DNA from: Neocallimastix sp. 'constans'
Lineage: Eukaryota
NCBI GenBank assembly: GCA_050613775.1
Contig: JBODTK010000011.1
Coordinates: 62,001-126,000 of the forward strand
Length of the DNA: 64,000 nucleotides
Direction of reading: 5' to 3'
In this document: positions 12,002-25,959 of the stretch, in pieces
Numbering within the stretch: position 1 is the first letter of the stretch
How the letters are laid out: every line of letters starts with the position of its first letter
Notes under the pieces: generated by a model
Told to the model about the DNA's origin: nothing
The model's input: only the letters and a program-made list of their open reading frames with translations
The model's database searches: none
Position numbers and translations under genes: made by a program

Positions 12002-12553
12002 ATGAAAATGAGAAGAAACATCAACAATCAAAGACAAAACTTTATCCAAAATCAAACTCAAGCTCAACATCAACAACAACGGAAAATAGAAATAATTAAT
12101 AAAATAGAAACGCTAAAGTATAATAATAAAAATATCTCAATACTTATTGCAAATTTGCAAAACCTATTTGACAAACTCGAAAAAATAGATACTGATATTA
12201 ATGATAGTTCCAAAATAGGTATCCTGAATAGATGCCTCCCTGAAAATCTTCGATGGATAAATGTCTTTCAGTATTCAAAGTGGAATGACTGTTGTAACTA
12301 TGTCAAAAGAGTAATTAGAGAAATAATATTATCGAATGCTAAAGAATCTAATCATACATGCAATAACCAAAATAATATATTATTCAATATAAATAAAAAT
12401 AAAAATAATATTAATAAAAATCAGAATAAAATTAAATTCAAAAGAAAAAGAAAAAATGTTGGTAAAGAAAATAAAATTGATTTAAAATATATAATTTCAC
12501 AATATAATTTAGCTGATGGACTAACTAAATATTTGAATGGTACTTTTATATAG
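12002..12553 (+). pseudogene. Internally deleted Copia: gag fragment fused to the RNase H C-terminus
   Basis: Gag/UBN2-like 'KIGILNRCLPENLRW' runs into the Copia RNase H tail 'KIDLKYIISQYNLADGLTKYL'. Confidence 0.7.
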
Positions 12554-12687
12554 TTAATATAAAATTAATATATAATTAATAAATATATATGGTTAATAAT
12601 AAATAAGTATAATATCATAAACATAAAATATATGTATAAGTATCAATGGCGTATTATATCATATGATATATACCACACATATATATA

Positions 12688-13145
12688 TGTAAAATTATTA
12701 TAAAATGTATTTATAAGGTACGAAGTTCAGATTCGGTTCTTTTAAGGTTTGTTCTTTTAAATGGGAGATGTAATTTATATGTTTTATTAAAATTTTTTTA
12801 TTTAAAAAAATTTATTTATTTAGAAGAATTAAATTTACATATCATTATTTAAAATGTAAACTAACATTTATTCCTAAAATTAATATTTATTTTTATAATT
12901 TTATCTCAAGAATTATTATAATTTACTATTTATTATTCTTGGAAAGAGAACTAAACTATTTCTAAATATTTTTCTCTTTTATAATTATTTACGGTAATAA
13001 AGTTTTCCTATATTAAAATATAATTATTAATTTACTTTCATTAATGTTTAAATTAAATAATAAAAATATATATATTAATTTTTAATATAAATACAATAAA
13101 AACTTGATTAATACATAAATTTATGCTTTAACTACATTTCTTAAC
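12688..13145 (+). repeat. Degenerate LTR-like repeat (family X), right boundary approximate
   Basis: Starts TGTAA; carries the GGTT...GGGAGATGT core shared with 13737, 29790 and 55272. Confidence 0.4.
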
Positions 13146-13736
13146 ATAAATTTATTATTAATTAGAGTTTTTATTTCTATTTCATATCAGTATGTTATTA
13201 ATAATTAACAATGTAATAATTTAATATACGGAACTTTTAATAATAAATAATTAAAGTTTATTTTCATAACAAAATATTTTAGTATAAAATTTATTTGACT
13301 GATTTAAATTATATAAATTTAATTCATAAAAATTTAATTAATATATTTAATTGATAAAATGTATAAATATCTCAAATATTTCATTTAAATTTATTAATAG
13401 TGATTTTATTAAAAAAAATTAAAAAATAATAAATTAATATTTGATACCAACCTTTTGAATTAATATTTGTGATTTAATAATAAGTTCTGTTTTATTAGGT
13501 TATTAATTAAAATTCTTGTTTCTTATTGTTAAGCACAGCTTTACAATTGATTCATTAATCTATGAAAAGAAAAATTATTTTTAAATTATTAGTTTAAAAA
13601 AATTTTTTTATACAATAAATTAAAAATTTAAAAAAACTAAAAATACCTATTTAATAATTAATATTAATATTTTTTTATTTATTAATTTATAATTTATTAT
13701 TTATTAATATTCTCACATAAAACGAAGATGAATACG

Positions 13737-14150
13737 TGTAACAACATATTCATAAATTTAATAATAATTATGGTATACTCTTTAGGTTCGGTTATCTCTA
13801 TTTGAGAGAAGTTGTATAATTTATTTATATTATTTATTAATATAATTTTTTTATATATTATATAAATTAAATTTATTTAATTGAATAGTTAGTTTTATAA
13901 GGTCATATTATTAATATTATAAAACTACTATTATATAATAAAGTTACTTATATTTGATTATGGAAATTTCGCTATTGCTGATGCATTTGCAAAGAATAAA
14001 TATAAAGTATTCCATATTATACTCTTTAATTATAAACTATTTTAAAATAATAAGAATTAATTATAGTTAAATATTATAAAAAATATAATATAAATAATAA
14101 AATATTTATAATATTTATAACATATAAAAATATATAAAAATATAAAAAAA
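13737..14150 (+). repeat. LTR-like repeat family X
   Basis: Starts TGTAAC; core AGGTTCGGTTATCTCT..GAGAAGTT and a downstream 'caaagaataa...actctttaattataaactattttaaaataataagaattaatt' block shared with 29840-30190. Confidence 0.65.
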
Positions 14151-14229
14151 ATAAAATAAAATAATAATTTATTATTATGAATCTAATGAATTTAAAAATA
14201 ATAATTTTAAAGAAGATGAATTATGTATT

Positions 14230-15713
14230 GTTCTACCCTCTGTAGATAATATTGAAAATAGATTCCTAATTGATATAAGTAGCAATTTTAATCTTATTTC
14301 TGTTAATTATTTTTATTCTCTACCTGGTCAATATGTTAGGTAATGACACATTTACTGACGCAATGGTTATTATTCTTAATGTTTTTGTTAATATTTATTT
14401 CTTTTATGCTAATTCTCTCAAATAATAATAATATTAATAATTCTAATAATTCCATTATTGAAGAAAATACTGCATCACCAACTGAAAGTGACCAAATTAT
14501 AGAAAATGTGCCAAAAATTATTGCGCCACAAGAAGAAAATATTTCTCCTATGGAGTACATCCATTCTCAAGATTTTCAAGCAAAAATCGACGTTCTTTTA
14601 AATCAAATATATCTAAGCTTCTAATGGATTTTATTGATATTATTACCACTTCTTCTGAACAACTTTCTTCCTCTAAACTAAGACCTCACCATATTCAGTT
14701 ATTTAAAAATGCTGTTCCTTTCAAAAGTAAATTTTATAAACTTAATAGACTTAAATCTGATGCTTTAAAAGCTGAACTGGTTAAGCTTATAAACAAAAGT
14801 TTAATTGTTCCGTTTATTCAGCATGATCTTCACCAATAGAACTTGTTATGAAAAAAAATGGAAAATGGAGACTTTGCACTGATTATAGAAAACTAAACTC
14901 AATGACTGTTATTTTTTTTTATTCCCTTCCAAACATTGATGAAATTTTTAGTTCCTTAAGTGGTGCTATAATTTTCTACATTCTAGATTTATTTTCGGGA
15001 TATCACAAAATGAGTATGATTGAAGTTAATATTGACATTACTAGTTTTACTACATAATATGGAAATTTTGTATACTAAGTTATGCCATTTGATTTAGCTG
15101 GTGCCCCAGCCACATTCCAAGAAGAAATGAATTGTATTCTTTTCGATTTATTAGGTAAATGTGTCTTTGTTTTCCTTGATGATATTCTCATATTTTCTAA
15201 CTCTATTAAAGAATATCTAGTTCATCTTAAACAAGTTTTTGAAATATTTCGTAAATTTGAAGTTAAAATCAACATTGAAAAGTGTTGCTTTTCTAGGAGT
15301 TGGTAGAACTACTCTGCCATGTTGTATCTTATAACGGCCTCAAGACTATTAAATCAAAAATTAATGCCGAAGCTAAATTCATTAAACCAGAAAACATCTC
15401 AGAACTTAGATCTTTCTTAGGTTCTTTGGGTTATTATAAAAAATTTATTAATAATTTTGCTATGATAATTGCGCCACTTTACAAATTGTTAAGAAAAAAT
15501 GTACTTTACATATGGGAAAATATACATCAAGATTGTTTTAATCAATTAAAAGAAGCATTAATTTCTGCTCCTGATTTTAATAAACAATTCATAATTAGAA
15601 TGAACTCTTGTAAATTAGTTATTGGAGGTATTCTTCTTCAAAAAGATGAAAAAGAAAAAGAATATCCAGTACATTTCATAAGTAGAACCTTAAATAAAGC
15701 TGAATTAAATTAA
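14230..15713 (+). pseudogene. pol: Gypsy pol remnant (protease relic, RT, RNase H start)
   Basis: KKNGKWRLCTDYRKLN, LDLFSGYH, MPFDLAGAPATFQ, FLDDILIFS, LRSFLGSLGYY, PVHFISRTL in broken ORFs. Confidence 0.92.
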
Positions 15714-16138
15714 TTCTATGAGGAAATAATTTAGAATTACCCAAATCATCTGTTTTAACAGCTAAAATATACGCATATAATAAAAATAAAGTTTCAACTG
15801 TATCTTTAATAGCAGAAGGTACTTCAGCTGATTTATTTTGAACAAGCGAAATCTTCTTATCATTTTGCAGAGATTTTAAATAGAATCACTAGTATTTATA
15901 TTAAAAATATTATCTCTTTATTTAAAAAATTTATATTTTATATATATAGTTTATATTTTTTAAAAAAAAGTATTTTATCAAATCAACTAATTTAATTCAT
16001 TTTTTAATCTATGTAATAATTCATAATTATTTTTATTTATCTTTATTTTAAATTTAAAGTAATAATTTAATTACAAAAATAAAATTTTTATTATACATAT
16101 GTAAAAATTTTTATTTACATTTATATTTCTTAAATAAA

Positions 16139-16990
16139 ATGATAATAATATATACGTTTTCATAAAGTAAAATTAATAAAAGTATTTAAAAATAAATTAC
16201 TATTTTTCTGAATCAGACATTAATTATATTTGTAATAAAATATTTAATCTATTTTCTAATAAGATTAATCATTTTCAAATATATATTGAAAATCTACTTT
16301 AAAAAAATTAGAAAATTTCTTGAACCAAAAAGGAAATCGCCAAATTTTAAACCAGCTGAATTTGTTAAAATGGTTGTAAATTATATTAATTCACATAAAG
16401 TGAAAGCAAATACTCATGTTGGAATTCTAGCCACTCAGTCAATTGTAGAACCGGTCACTCAATCAGTTTTGAGTTATTTTCATAAACTTGCAGGTGATGA
16501 TACTATTAATGGTTTAAAAGAGTTTTAATATAACACATAATAAAACTGAATTAAGTGTACTCGAATTTTATTTAAAACCAGAAAATCATGATGAAGATTC
16601 AAGAGAAAGATTTTAATAAGTTTTAAATATATAAATTTAAATGAAATTATATTAGATTTTGTTTATGACGGTTTTAATTTAAGTTTTTATCTTTATTCCC
16701 ATACCATTTTTGACGTCAGACTTCATCCTTTCATCGTACACGAAACTATTAAACAATATTTAAAAAAATAATAGCATTTTAAAATGAGATTCTTCACTTG
16801 ATCTTGAGAATCTTTATATTGAAAAACCCAGCTTAAAAAATATTAGACTAGTTAGATAGTAATGGTATAGAATATATTGCTGATGAAGAAATATTATGTG
16901 TTTATAAAGTGAAAGAAAAATGTCCAAAAAAAAACAACTTGGAAAATGACAATGAGCACAATGATAAATATGTTTAAATAGTAACGAAAA
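16139..16990 (+). pseudogene. Divergent multisubunit RNA polymerase largest-subunit C-terminal fragment (Rpb1 domain 5-7 / A''-like), probably viral
   Basis: ORF 16286-16528 has VGILATQSIVEPVTQSVLSYFH, matching the region-G trigger-loop motif VG.lAAQSigEP.TQ.tL.tFH; the frameshifted continuation reads ...SVLEFYLKP...FKYINLNEII...LSFYLYSHTIFDVRLHPFIVHETI; outer boundaries approximate. Confidence 0.75.
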
Positions 16991-16999
16991 GAATAAAAA

Positions 17000-17960
17000 T
17001 GAATGGAAATGTGAAGAAAAAATTAACAACCAAAATAAAAATGATGAAGAAAGTCATAAAGAAAATAAAAAATCTTAATAATAGCAATAATTATAAGTAC
17101 AAGTATAAGAATAATGAAAATACTAATAATTGTTACAATAATGATACTAATAATGATACTAATAATAGTAATAATAATTATAATTATATTAATAAAAATA
17201 GTAATAATAATTATAATAGTAATTATAATGATGATTACAAAAATTAACAATACTAATAAAATAATCAAAATAATAATTATAAAAATAATAACTATAACTA
17301 TAATTATAATTATAATTATAATATTTCAAAAGAAGATAGTATGAATATGAAGGAAGATTCAAATAATTTGAATAATAATTATAATAATACTAATATTAAT
17401 GATTATAATATTAATATTAACAGTAATAATAATATTAATAATAATGATATTAATAATAATAAAATTATTATTATTATGAATAATATAATAATAATATTAA
17501 TAATAATAATAAAACTAGTAATAATAATATTTAAAATAGTAATAATAATAATAATTATAATAATAATAATTATAATAATAATAATACTGAAAAAATGGAA
17601 CATTTGGATAAATCATATATAAATCAACCAAATATTTCAAATGCGAATAAGATTAATAAATTAAAAAGAATTAGGAAATAATATCCAATATTACCGATGA
17701 AAATGAAAATACGTATAATACTAACACAGCAAAATTAGAAAAATATATTATAATTAATTTTGTTGATGATTATGATATAAATGACTTAAATATGTAACGA
17801 ATATAGAAGTTAAGCTCAAACTTGCACACTTATTAGAATTATGTCCTAAATTTCGATCTGAATTTAATAAAGAACAAGAATTGATTAAAACTATTAATAA
17901 AGAATTTTTAATAAATGCTTTATCTTTAATAAGTGACTACAAAGTAATTATAGTAAATGG
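17000..17960 (+). pseudogene. AAT-rich low-complexity tract ending in a Gypsy gag/protease-linker relic
   Basis: ~17790-17880 reads NIEVKLKLAHLLELCPKFRSEFNK, similar to the segment upstream of the protease in Gypsy-1 (EITFAQLFAVSPLLRRL) and at ~48130-48230 on the minus strand. Confidence 0.5.
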
Positions 17961-17961
17961 T

Positions 17962-18466
17962 TGTAAAGATATGATTTATATCTTTAATACATTAATTAAT
18001 TTATTTTGTACATTAAATTATTTAATGTAATTCACGTTTACAAAGTAATGTAAATACATTAAAATATGTAAAATATATTAATTTATGTAATGAATTGATT
18101 TATACAAATTAATATATTTTTTACGATCTATAAATTTAGAAATATAAGATTAATTTCTAAATAACTTAAAATTTAGTAATAAAATATTTTAATAATTTTA
18201 GTTTAGTTTAATTTATATAAACATAAAATTAAATAGTAAATATATAATTAATAGTATTAATAGTAAATAAATAATAAATAAATAATAAATAAATATTTAT
18301 TCAATTTGAGTCGAAACAAATAGAATATAAAGTTTATTGAATTATTTTTAGTTATTTTATAACTTTATCTAATTTTAGATTACTTTTTGCTTATTTTATA
18401 TTGAATATATGTTAAAATAAATAGAAATAGTATTATATAATATAATTAAGAAAAACTATAAATACA
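17962..18466 (+). repeat. Solo LTR of the chromodomain-Gypsy family
   Basis: TGTAAAG...AAATACA; aligns end to end with the reverse complement of the LTR at 53279-53789. Confidence 0.85.
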
Positions 18467-18602
18467 TGTAAAATTATTTTAATTATTAAAAAAATGTAGT
18501 TGTTATTAACTATTTTACCGTTAATAACTAATAAATGAATTTTTTTTAAAGAGATATTAATAAGTTTTTTTTTAATAAAACAAATTTAATTTTGTATTGT
18601 TA

Positions 18603-21600
18603 TTAATAGTATTTAGCGTAATTGTAACCTGTTCCATCAGAACATTTTACAATGGTGCCATCGAAGGATCTTCTGCGGAAAAATTTCTGGACTCTTGCGA
18701 GAGTGTCAACTTAATCACTACTGCTGTATAAAATAAATAAAGCTGCTGTAGGAACTATTTCGGAAAGAATATTTCAGGAATATTCAAATAATTATATTTC
18801 TTGTAAAGTATAAATTGGATATTGAAATAGGCAGTTATACTTTTAAAGATTATTTTAGAAAAATAGAAAAAGACAATATTTTCGATTTATTAATTAATAC
18901 AGATATATTTGTATTAGATTTAGTTTATGATAATTTTTTTTACAAAAATGAAAATTAAGATTTCATAGAACTTATTAATTTAATGTATAATGTAAATTTT
19001 TCAATATCAAAGATATAAAGATTAATAAAGATTATTATAATAATTATGTTACACGTTATGATGGTATTATCAATTATTGTGGGTGTTTAAATTTTTTATG
19101 TAATTATATAAAATATATATATATAAATTATATGTAAATTTAAAAATTTAAACAATGAGAATGTTCCTGAACAAAAAAGAATTTAAAATATTATTTAGTC
19201 AGAACTATTTTTTTTTTTGATATAATTATTGAACTATCAATATTTCTATTTAATAATAAATAAAGATCATTTTTCATTCAGATTTTGCTTTGCATAAATA
19301 ATATTTATTATTTGACCAAATACCATATACATTATATTATTGTTTTCTTCATTATTTTTTGATATACTATAATAATGATATGCATTTATATTTTAAACAT
19401 AGTCATATAAATCAGATAATTCTGGTAATAAAGATTCCAGTTGATTTGGGTAGATGATTGATACTTCAGGAATTACATTTGAATGAAACGAATACCACAA
19501 ATAGTAATTTGTTTTTTTAATACATTCCTCGGATATAAGAATAACCTTATTGTCTTCTTGTACGAATTGTTTAATACAATTTTGTAAATTGTTACTATCA
19601 ATAATCGATATATTATTTTTAGTATATATGTAAAATATTGCTTTCACTAGAGGATCATCCTTACAAAATAAATTGGACGATGAGGAGATAATAAATTCAT
19701 ATATATAAATTGATAGTGTATATAATTTAGTAGCATTGAGCATGATGACAAGGAGTACAAAGTTAAGGGAATCCATATTAAAGGAAAAACCAATAACATA
19801 GCAGATTGGCTAAGCCGCTTACACTTTGAAAAATAATTAATATAGTTAATAATATTAAATTAGTATATTTTTATCCAATTAAATAGGTTATAAGTCAGTG
19901 TATAGAACTGATACCTTTAAATAAATAATTAAATATAAATAATAACATGTAATTCCTTAATTTTTAATCTTTATTATTCTTTTGAAAAACTTGTTAATAT
20001 ATAATTGTAATATGAATAAAGGCTTCTTATTCATACAAAAAATAATAATAAGTTTTTCTTAATACAAATATTATTTAATAAAATCTGTACTGTAAAATAA
20101 ATATATTCTAATAAAATAATTATAATAAAAATAATAATTAAAATAACTTTAATATATACTTTAAGTGTATTCAACTTATCATAAGTGTTTTATTTTAAAA
20201 ATTTTTTCACATACAATTATATTGTTCAAAGGAGATTCATAATAAGAATCATAAAAAGTAATATCCTCCCTGAACATACTGAAGATTAGATCGTTATTAA
20301 TCTAAAACTGTAATCTACCGTGAATCCTGGGTTTCAGAATCAAAAAGCCGTGCTACATAGCAAAAGTAGCTTAAACTCCAAAAGTAACTCTTAAAATAAA
20401 ACAGCTACTAGGTTTCTTGGCTACAACCTTTTCCCTATAGGAAAGAATGGGCAAGCTAAAATTTGAAGAAAACTTTTTTTCAAAAGAATAATAAAAAGAA
20501 GAATTATAATTCAATAAATAATTAGAAAAGGCATAAGGATATATATTTGAATTATCATTAACCGAAAAGGCTAAAATATTAATGTTTTGGCTTTTATTTT
20601 TTCATTTTCAAAGTATTTTGAATTTTCAATCCGATTCTTCACTGAATATATAAAATTCTCTTTTGAGGGAATTTTAATATAGGAATGATATTTAGGACAA
20701 ATTTTGAATTCAATTAGAGAGTAATCAATATCAAAATATACTATATATAACATTGATAATTCAAATCCATATGGCATAAATAAAGTTGGAGAAAAGATAC
20801 CCTTACTATTTTTATCAAGAGGAGAAGAAAGGTTAGAATATTTTATTTTTTTTTTATTGCTAAAATTTAGAATTACTTTAATATATTTGGGCAATTTCAC
20901 TTCTTTATTAAAATTTTAATTTGCATTTAGAGTGATGGTATATCAAGAATTTAAAATAGCCATATAATAATTATCTTTCCACTGGATATATTGTGTGCAA
21001 TTTCTATCGCAGTATTCTTTGTCAGTAATAACAGGTAAAATTTTGTTCTTATTATTAACATATCTAGTATAAAAATTACCAAATAATTTATTATAATTTA
21101 TCTTTATTGGAATGTTTATGTGGAGATCGCTCCTATCATAACCTCACTATGAAAATCGATATAAAGAAAATATAAATATTTGACTATTATTTTGATCGTT
21201 GAATACATATACCATTGTACATCTTGAAATTGGATAGTTTCATTAAAAGTTTCCATTTATTATATTTATTCATTACCAAAGGAATATTATATATATCAAG
21301 AGTATATTGCCTTTTCTGTCAAAGATACTACATTAATGTTTTCATTAGTAAATATATAAAAAGATAGATTGCATCTGAGAACCATCAAATCAAATAATTT
21401 ATGTATATTTATAGGCTAGTTAAATGTTACTTTTAAGGGATTACATTGAATAAAATATTAAAGGAAGGTAAGATTTTCAAAACGATATAATACGACTCTT
21501 TTTCGGTAAAAGTTATTTTACTTTCATTTATCAATATATTATCATAGCATAATTTTTTAAGGATATAATTTTCCATACTTTTAATATTATTTAAATTTGA

Positions 21601-21770
21601 ATTATCATAATTCATTACTTATTGCTCATAAAGATATGTTTTATTGAAATAATCATTAAATTATACATTCGGTATTACAAATAATATATTGTACAGTTTC
21701 TGATAGATTTATTTTTATCAACTTATCATAAACTATTTTAAAGAGATGAATTGGAATATCAATAGTGACA
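18603..21770 (-). pseudogene. Decayed multi-exon host-like gene, unidentified
   Basis: Coding-like minus-strand blocks (ORFs 21433-21615, 20571-20900, 19393-19776) and a last-exon-like block ending ...FDGTIVKCSDGTGYNYAKYY* after a ttttatacag acceptor; no family recognised. Confidence 0.35.
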
Positions 21771-21789
21771 TAAAATGAAGTTTTAGTTG

Positions 21790-24330
21790 TATCATTCAAG
21801 TAATAATTCTATTGATTTAGCTTATAGTCTTTAATAGGACAAATCTATTTTTATATCGGAAGCAGAAGGAAATTTTAATTCTCTTGAACATGTATATACG
21901 GTAGTTAAATCTACTTCTAAATCTGAAACAGATAATACTGAAGATACTCATACCAATACTCATAAAGATTCTTATTCATATACAGATCTATACAGAAAAT
22001 GAAGAACATTCACATACCAGAACTGATGGTAGTGAGCATATTGAAGAACATAATTGGAGTGATAGAACAGAAAAGTCTCATACTGAAGTGTATTCAAGAA
22101 AGGAAGCAAGTGATTATAAAAATGCACAAAAAAATGATATTGTTAAAAGAGGAGATGCTATTGTTGTGAAAATTGCTGGTGATAAAAATGGTAATAGTAA
22201 AACTGCTAGATTTGAAGATGCTGTATATCTGATGCTGCTACAGGTATTGCAGCTGTCGTGCTATTGGTACACTTTTTGGACCAAATGTAGGTAATGCAAT
22301 TGTTTGTGATATTGGTCTTTTAGCTGGTGGTATTACTTCTTTTATCCAGAGTGGTGCTGAAGTAGAAGCTAATGTTATAGCAAGAGAAGCTAATACATAT
22401 GCTAAACAATCAGCCGATGCAGCTGATTTAGTTAATACATATGCTTATGATGCTAATGAAATTGCAAATCGATCAAGAGATTCGCAAGAACATATTGCTG
22501 AACTGGATAGAGATTTAAAAGTATCTCTTACTGAAAGAAATAAAAATTTCCAAATTAAAATGGCTTTAGCAGGTTCTAGATCTACATCTGACAATACTAC
22601 TACCATTAATCAAACTAGAATAAGTATTATAGATTCTGTGTATTGGTCAGATGCTTTTTCTACTACTTCCGGATTTAGTATTTCTTGGGATGAAACAAAT
22701 GGTTATTTCGATACTCATATTGTTGGACATAGTGAAACATCAACTGAAGAAAATTATGCATCCGATTCTGTTTCTATGATGGTTACTACTAATTATAATA
22801 AGGAAACAGGATGGGTTAGTGAAGAATCTAATTCTAAAACGGCAACAACTGGATATTCATATGATAAAATAAATCAAAAATCATTTACTAACAATTTATC
22901 CTATTATACAGTATGAGATAAATCTACATAATTTGCATTTAATAGAGCTCAAAGTTTATAGAAAGGTGAAACATTTACTAGGCAACTTACCTTTGTAATT
23001 CCAGATGATAAATATTATAATTCAACAGCTATTCCATTATATAATGTTGAAATTAATATACGAATTAAAGTTATTACGACGCTTATGGTAAGTTATGATT
23101 CGAAATTAATAAAAGTATTCATCTTGTTGAATTTATTTGCTTTGCTATAAATCCTGTTGAATATGGTACAGAAGATGAATTTGTTGATTTAGTTAAAAAC
23201 ATTGTATCTAATTTTATATTTACAAAAGAAGATGTAAATACTAAAACAAAATTAAATACATTATTAAGTTATACTAATTTAAGAAAAGGATGTTCAATAA
23301 CTAAAGAAAGTGGAAAATATAGTTTTGGTGTATTAAAATCTGGTAAATTGGTATTATACATAGTATCATCAATTTCAGAAAGTTATAAAAGACTTTGGAC
23401 CAATAAAATGAATTATATACCAATAAAAATAAATAAGAAATAAAAGTTATATGATTTTAGATTGCATATAGGAAGTAATGGTCATTTATAAGTTATAGCT
23501 AAAAGTATATTCAAAAAACATGCAAATGATACTTTTAAATATTCTAAAGAATATTACCAAATAGTTAAAAAATTATATCGATAGTAATAATGATACGGAA
23601 CATAATTCTAATGGGTATTATTAAATGCTTAAAAAATATATAAATAAATATTTTTATAATAAAAGTAATAGATTATATTCTAATAATAAAAAAAATAAAT
23701 TATGAAGCTGATGATAATGATGATGATGAATATGTAAAAATCGATAATTATGAATATTTTAATACTTGAGAAGGATATGAAGAATATCCTATTGAATTTG
23801 ATGACTATGAAGAAGTTGAAGATACTACTTCATCATCTATCATTTTATCATCAACTACAACTATTAAATCATCTATTACTTCTTCAACTACAATTACTAG
23901 ATCGACTACTACTTCTTCAACTACAACTACTAAATCGATTAATACTTCTTCAACTTAAACTACTAAATTGACTATTACTACAAATAATTCTTTTCCTACA
24001 AATGATGAAATTGATAATAATGATTACGTTATTTGGGATTCATTACTAAAAGATTTTCCATTTAAAATGGGTTATACAGATAAAACTGGCTATTATTTAT
24101 ATATCAAAGATGAACCTGGATTAGATAGTGCATCAGTAACTTTAATTGATGGTGCTAGTGTTACTATTTGGTAAATTAAAGGAGAAAATGATTATGTTGG
24201 TTATCATTTCTCAGCAGAATATAATTTACCATTAGATTTTGATACTAAAAAAGCTGAAAGTAAAATTAGTATATTTGATAAGTATAATGTTCTTGAACCT
24301 GTTATTGATACTTATACATAGAGTATTGAA
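21790..24330 (+). pseudogene. Decayed Ser/Thr-rich protein with a hydrophobic hairpin and bulb-type (B-)lectin-like repeats; pore-forming-toxin-like architecture
   Basis: Alternating S/T beta-like tracts (WSDAFSTTSGFSISWDETNG, TATTGYSYDK); AIVCDIGLLAGGITSFI followed by an Ala-rich helical stretch; lectin-like SITKESGKYSFGVLKSGKLVLY, LHIGSNGHL, YVIWDS; many stops and frameshifts. Confidence 0.5.
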
Positions 24331-24399
24331 ATGAATTTGCTCAAATAAAATAAATATAAATAAAGCTTAAGTTTCTAGTAATGGTAAATATATGTTTTA

Positions 24400-25735
24400 A
24401 ATATAGGTTCTATATACAAAGTACAGTGAATATAGTGGTGAAAGAAAATTTAAGAACTTAATGGTCTTTTTTAACTGCCAATATTGATATTTTTGAATTT
24501 CCTTATAAATATGTATTTTCTCCATTAGGTGAATTAATATTAAGAGATAAAAATATGTTTTCAGTATGGCAAACCTTAAATCCATTATCCATTGATAATA
24601 GTGATGATATTGTAAACACTCATAAATTTTATTTAGTTTATATTCGAATTTAATAAAATGAACTAAACTGAAAATCAATATTGACGTAACAATAGGCATA
24701 AGCACTAAAAATATCAAAAAATTTTTATTTTTTGTATAAATTTTATATCTAAATGATACTAAAGTAATTTTAATTCCTAAATTAAATGGTCAATTTGTTC
24801 TTTCAATATTAGTAAGAATATCTTCATTTTCCATTAATATTACCTTGGTATTACTTGAATTTATTATTTTATTTTCCTTACGTTCTTTTATAATATTTTC
24901 ATAAGCATAAATATTTGACTTATTGTATAAATAATTATAATTATAATTATTTGTACAATTATATTCATTACAAATTATTTTATAACTATTTTTATTTTTT
25001 ATATTATTTTCATTAGATTCAAGTTTCATGAAAAGCTCCTCAAGAGATGGATACACTAATGAAAAATATTTTATTATGCCTTTATTTACTTCATAATCTT
25101 CAATTTCCATTATCAATCTTGAAATATAACTTAAATAAACATTAGATAATTCAAATATATATATATATTTTTATCTAAAAAATTAATATTACTATTACTT
25201 TCAGTAATATTAACTGTATCAGAATCATATTTCTATATTAAATTGAATACTTTATTATATCTTTCTGTTTCTATTTTAATTTTATAACACATATCGAAAT
25301 GCTATTTTAAATACGAACTACTTTCAATACAACGAACTTCACCTTTATTTAGTTTTAGTTATCTATCAGTTAAAGTAACCGCTTCATCCATATAATGCAT
25401 AGTTAAAAATACAACCTTTCCTTTTTTATTTTTTTTCAATAAATCCCATATTTTCCTTCTTGAGAATGGACCAAGACTTCATGTTGATTCATCTAAAAAT
25501 ACATATTTTGAATTTCACATTAAAGCAATTATTATATTTAGTTTTTTCTTTTGCCCTCCACTAAGAATTCCAACAATATCATATCTTTTATCAATTAATT
25601 CTACTTCTCCTAAAACCCTATCTACATCAACGTTATTATTTTTTTATATTTGAAAATATTTCAATATTTTCCTCTACTGTTAAATTTTCGAATAAGGAAC
25701 AATTTTGTGGACAAATACCTAAATTTTCATTAGAT
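24400..25735 (-). pseudogene. ABCA-subfamily ABC transporter fragment (NBD and following region)
   Basis: Minus strand reads LGICPQNCSLFENLTVEENI, LSGGQKKKL, VFLDEST*, RRKIWDLL, FLTMHYMDEA, PSLEELFMKLE; internal stops; Walker A region missing. Confidence 0.88.
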
Positions 25736-25959
25736 ATTTAATAAAATCTTTTTACAATAAATCCGTAATTTCATTTAAATAAAGTTTTTATATTTAAATA
25801 GTATATAATATATATTTGATTATATTTAATAAATAATAAAATAATGAATAATGAATAAAAAATAAATAAATAATAAACAATAAATGATTAATAAATTTAA
25901 GGTATGTAAATGTTTAATTTACCTATTTTTTGTCTTATATTTAAATTATTTCTTAAGTA

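Noticed and set aside
16999..17622. Poly-Ile/poly-Asn ORFs (also 58440-58721, 59033-59528, 63025-63210)
   Set aside because: Translations of AAT/ATT microsatellite and homopolymer tracts
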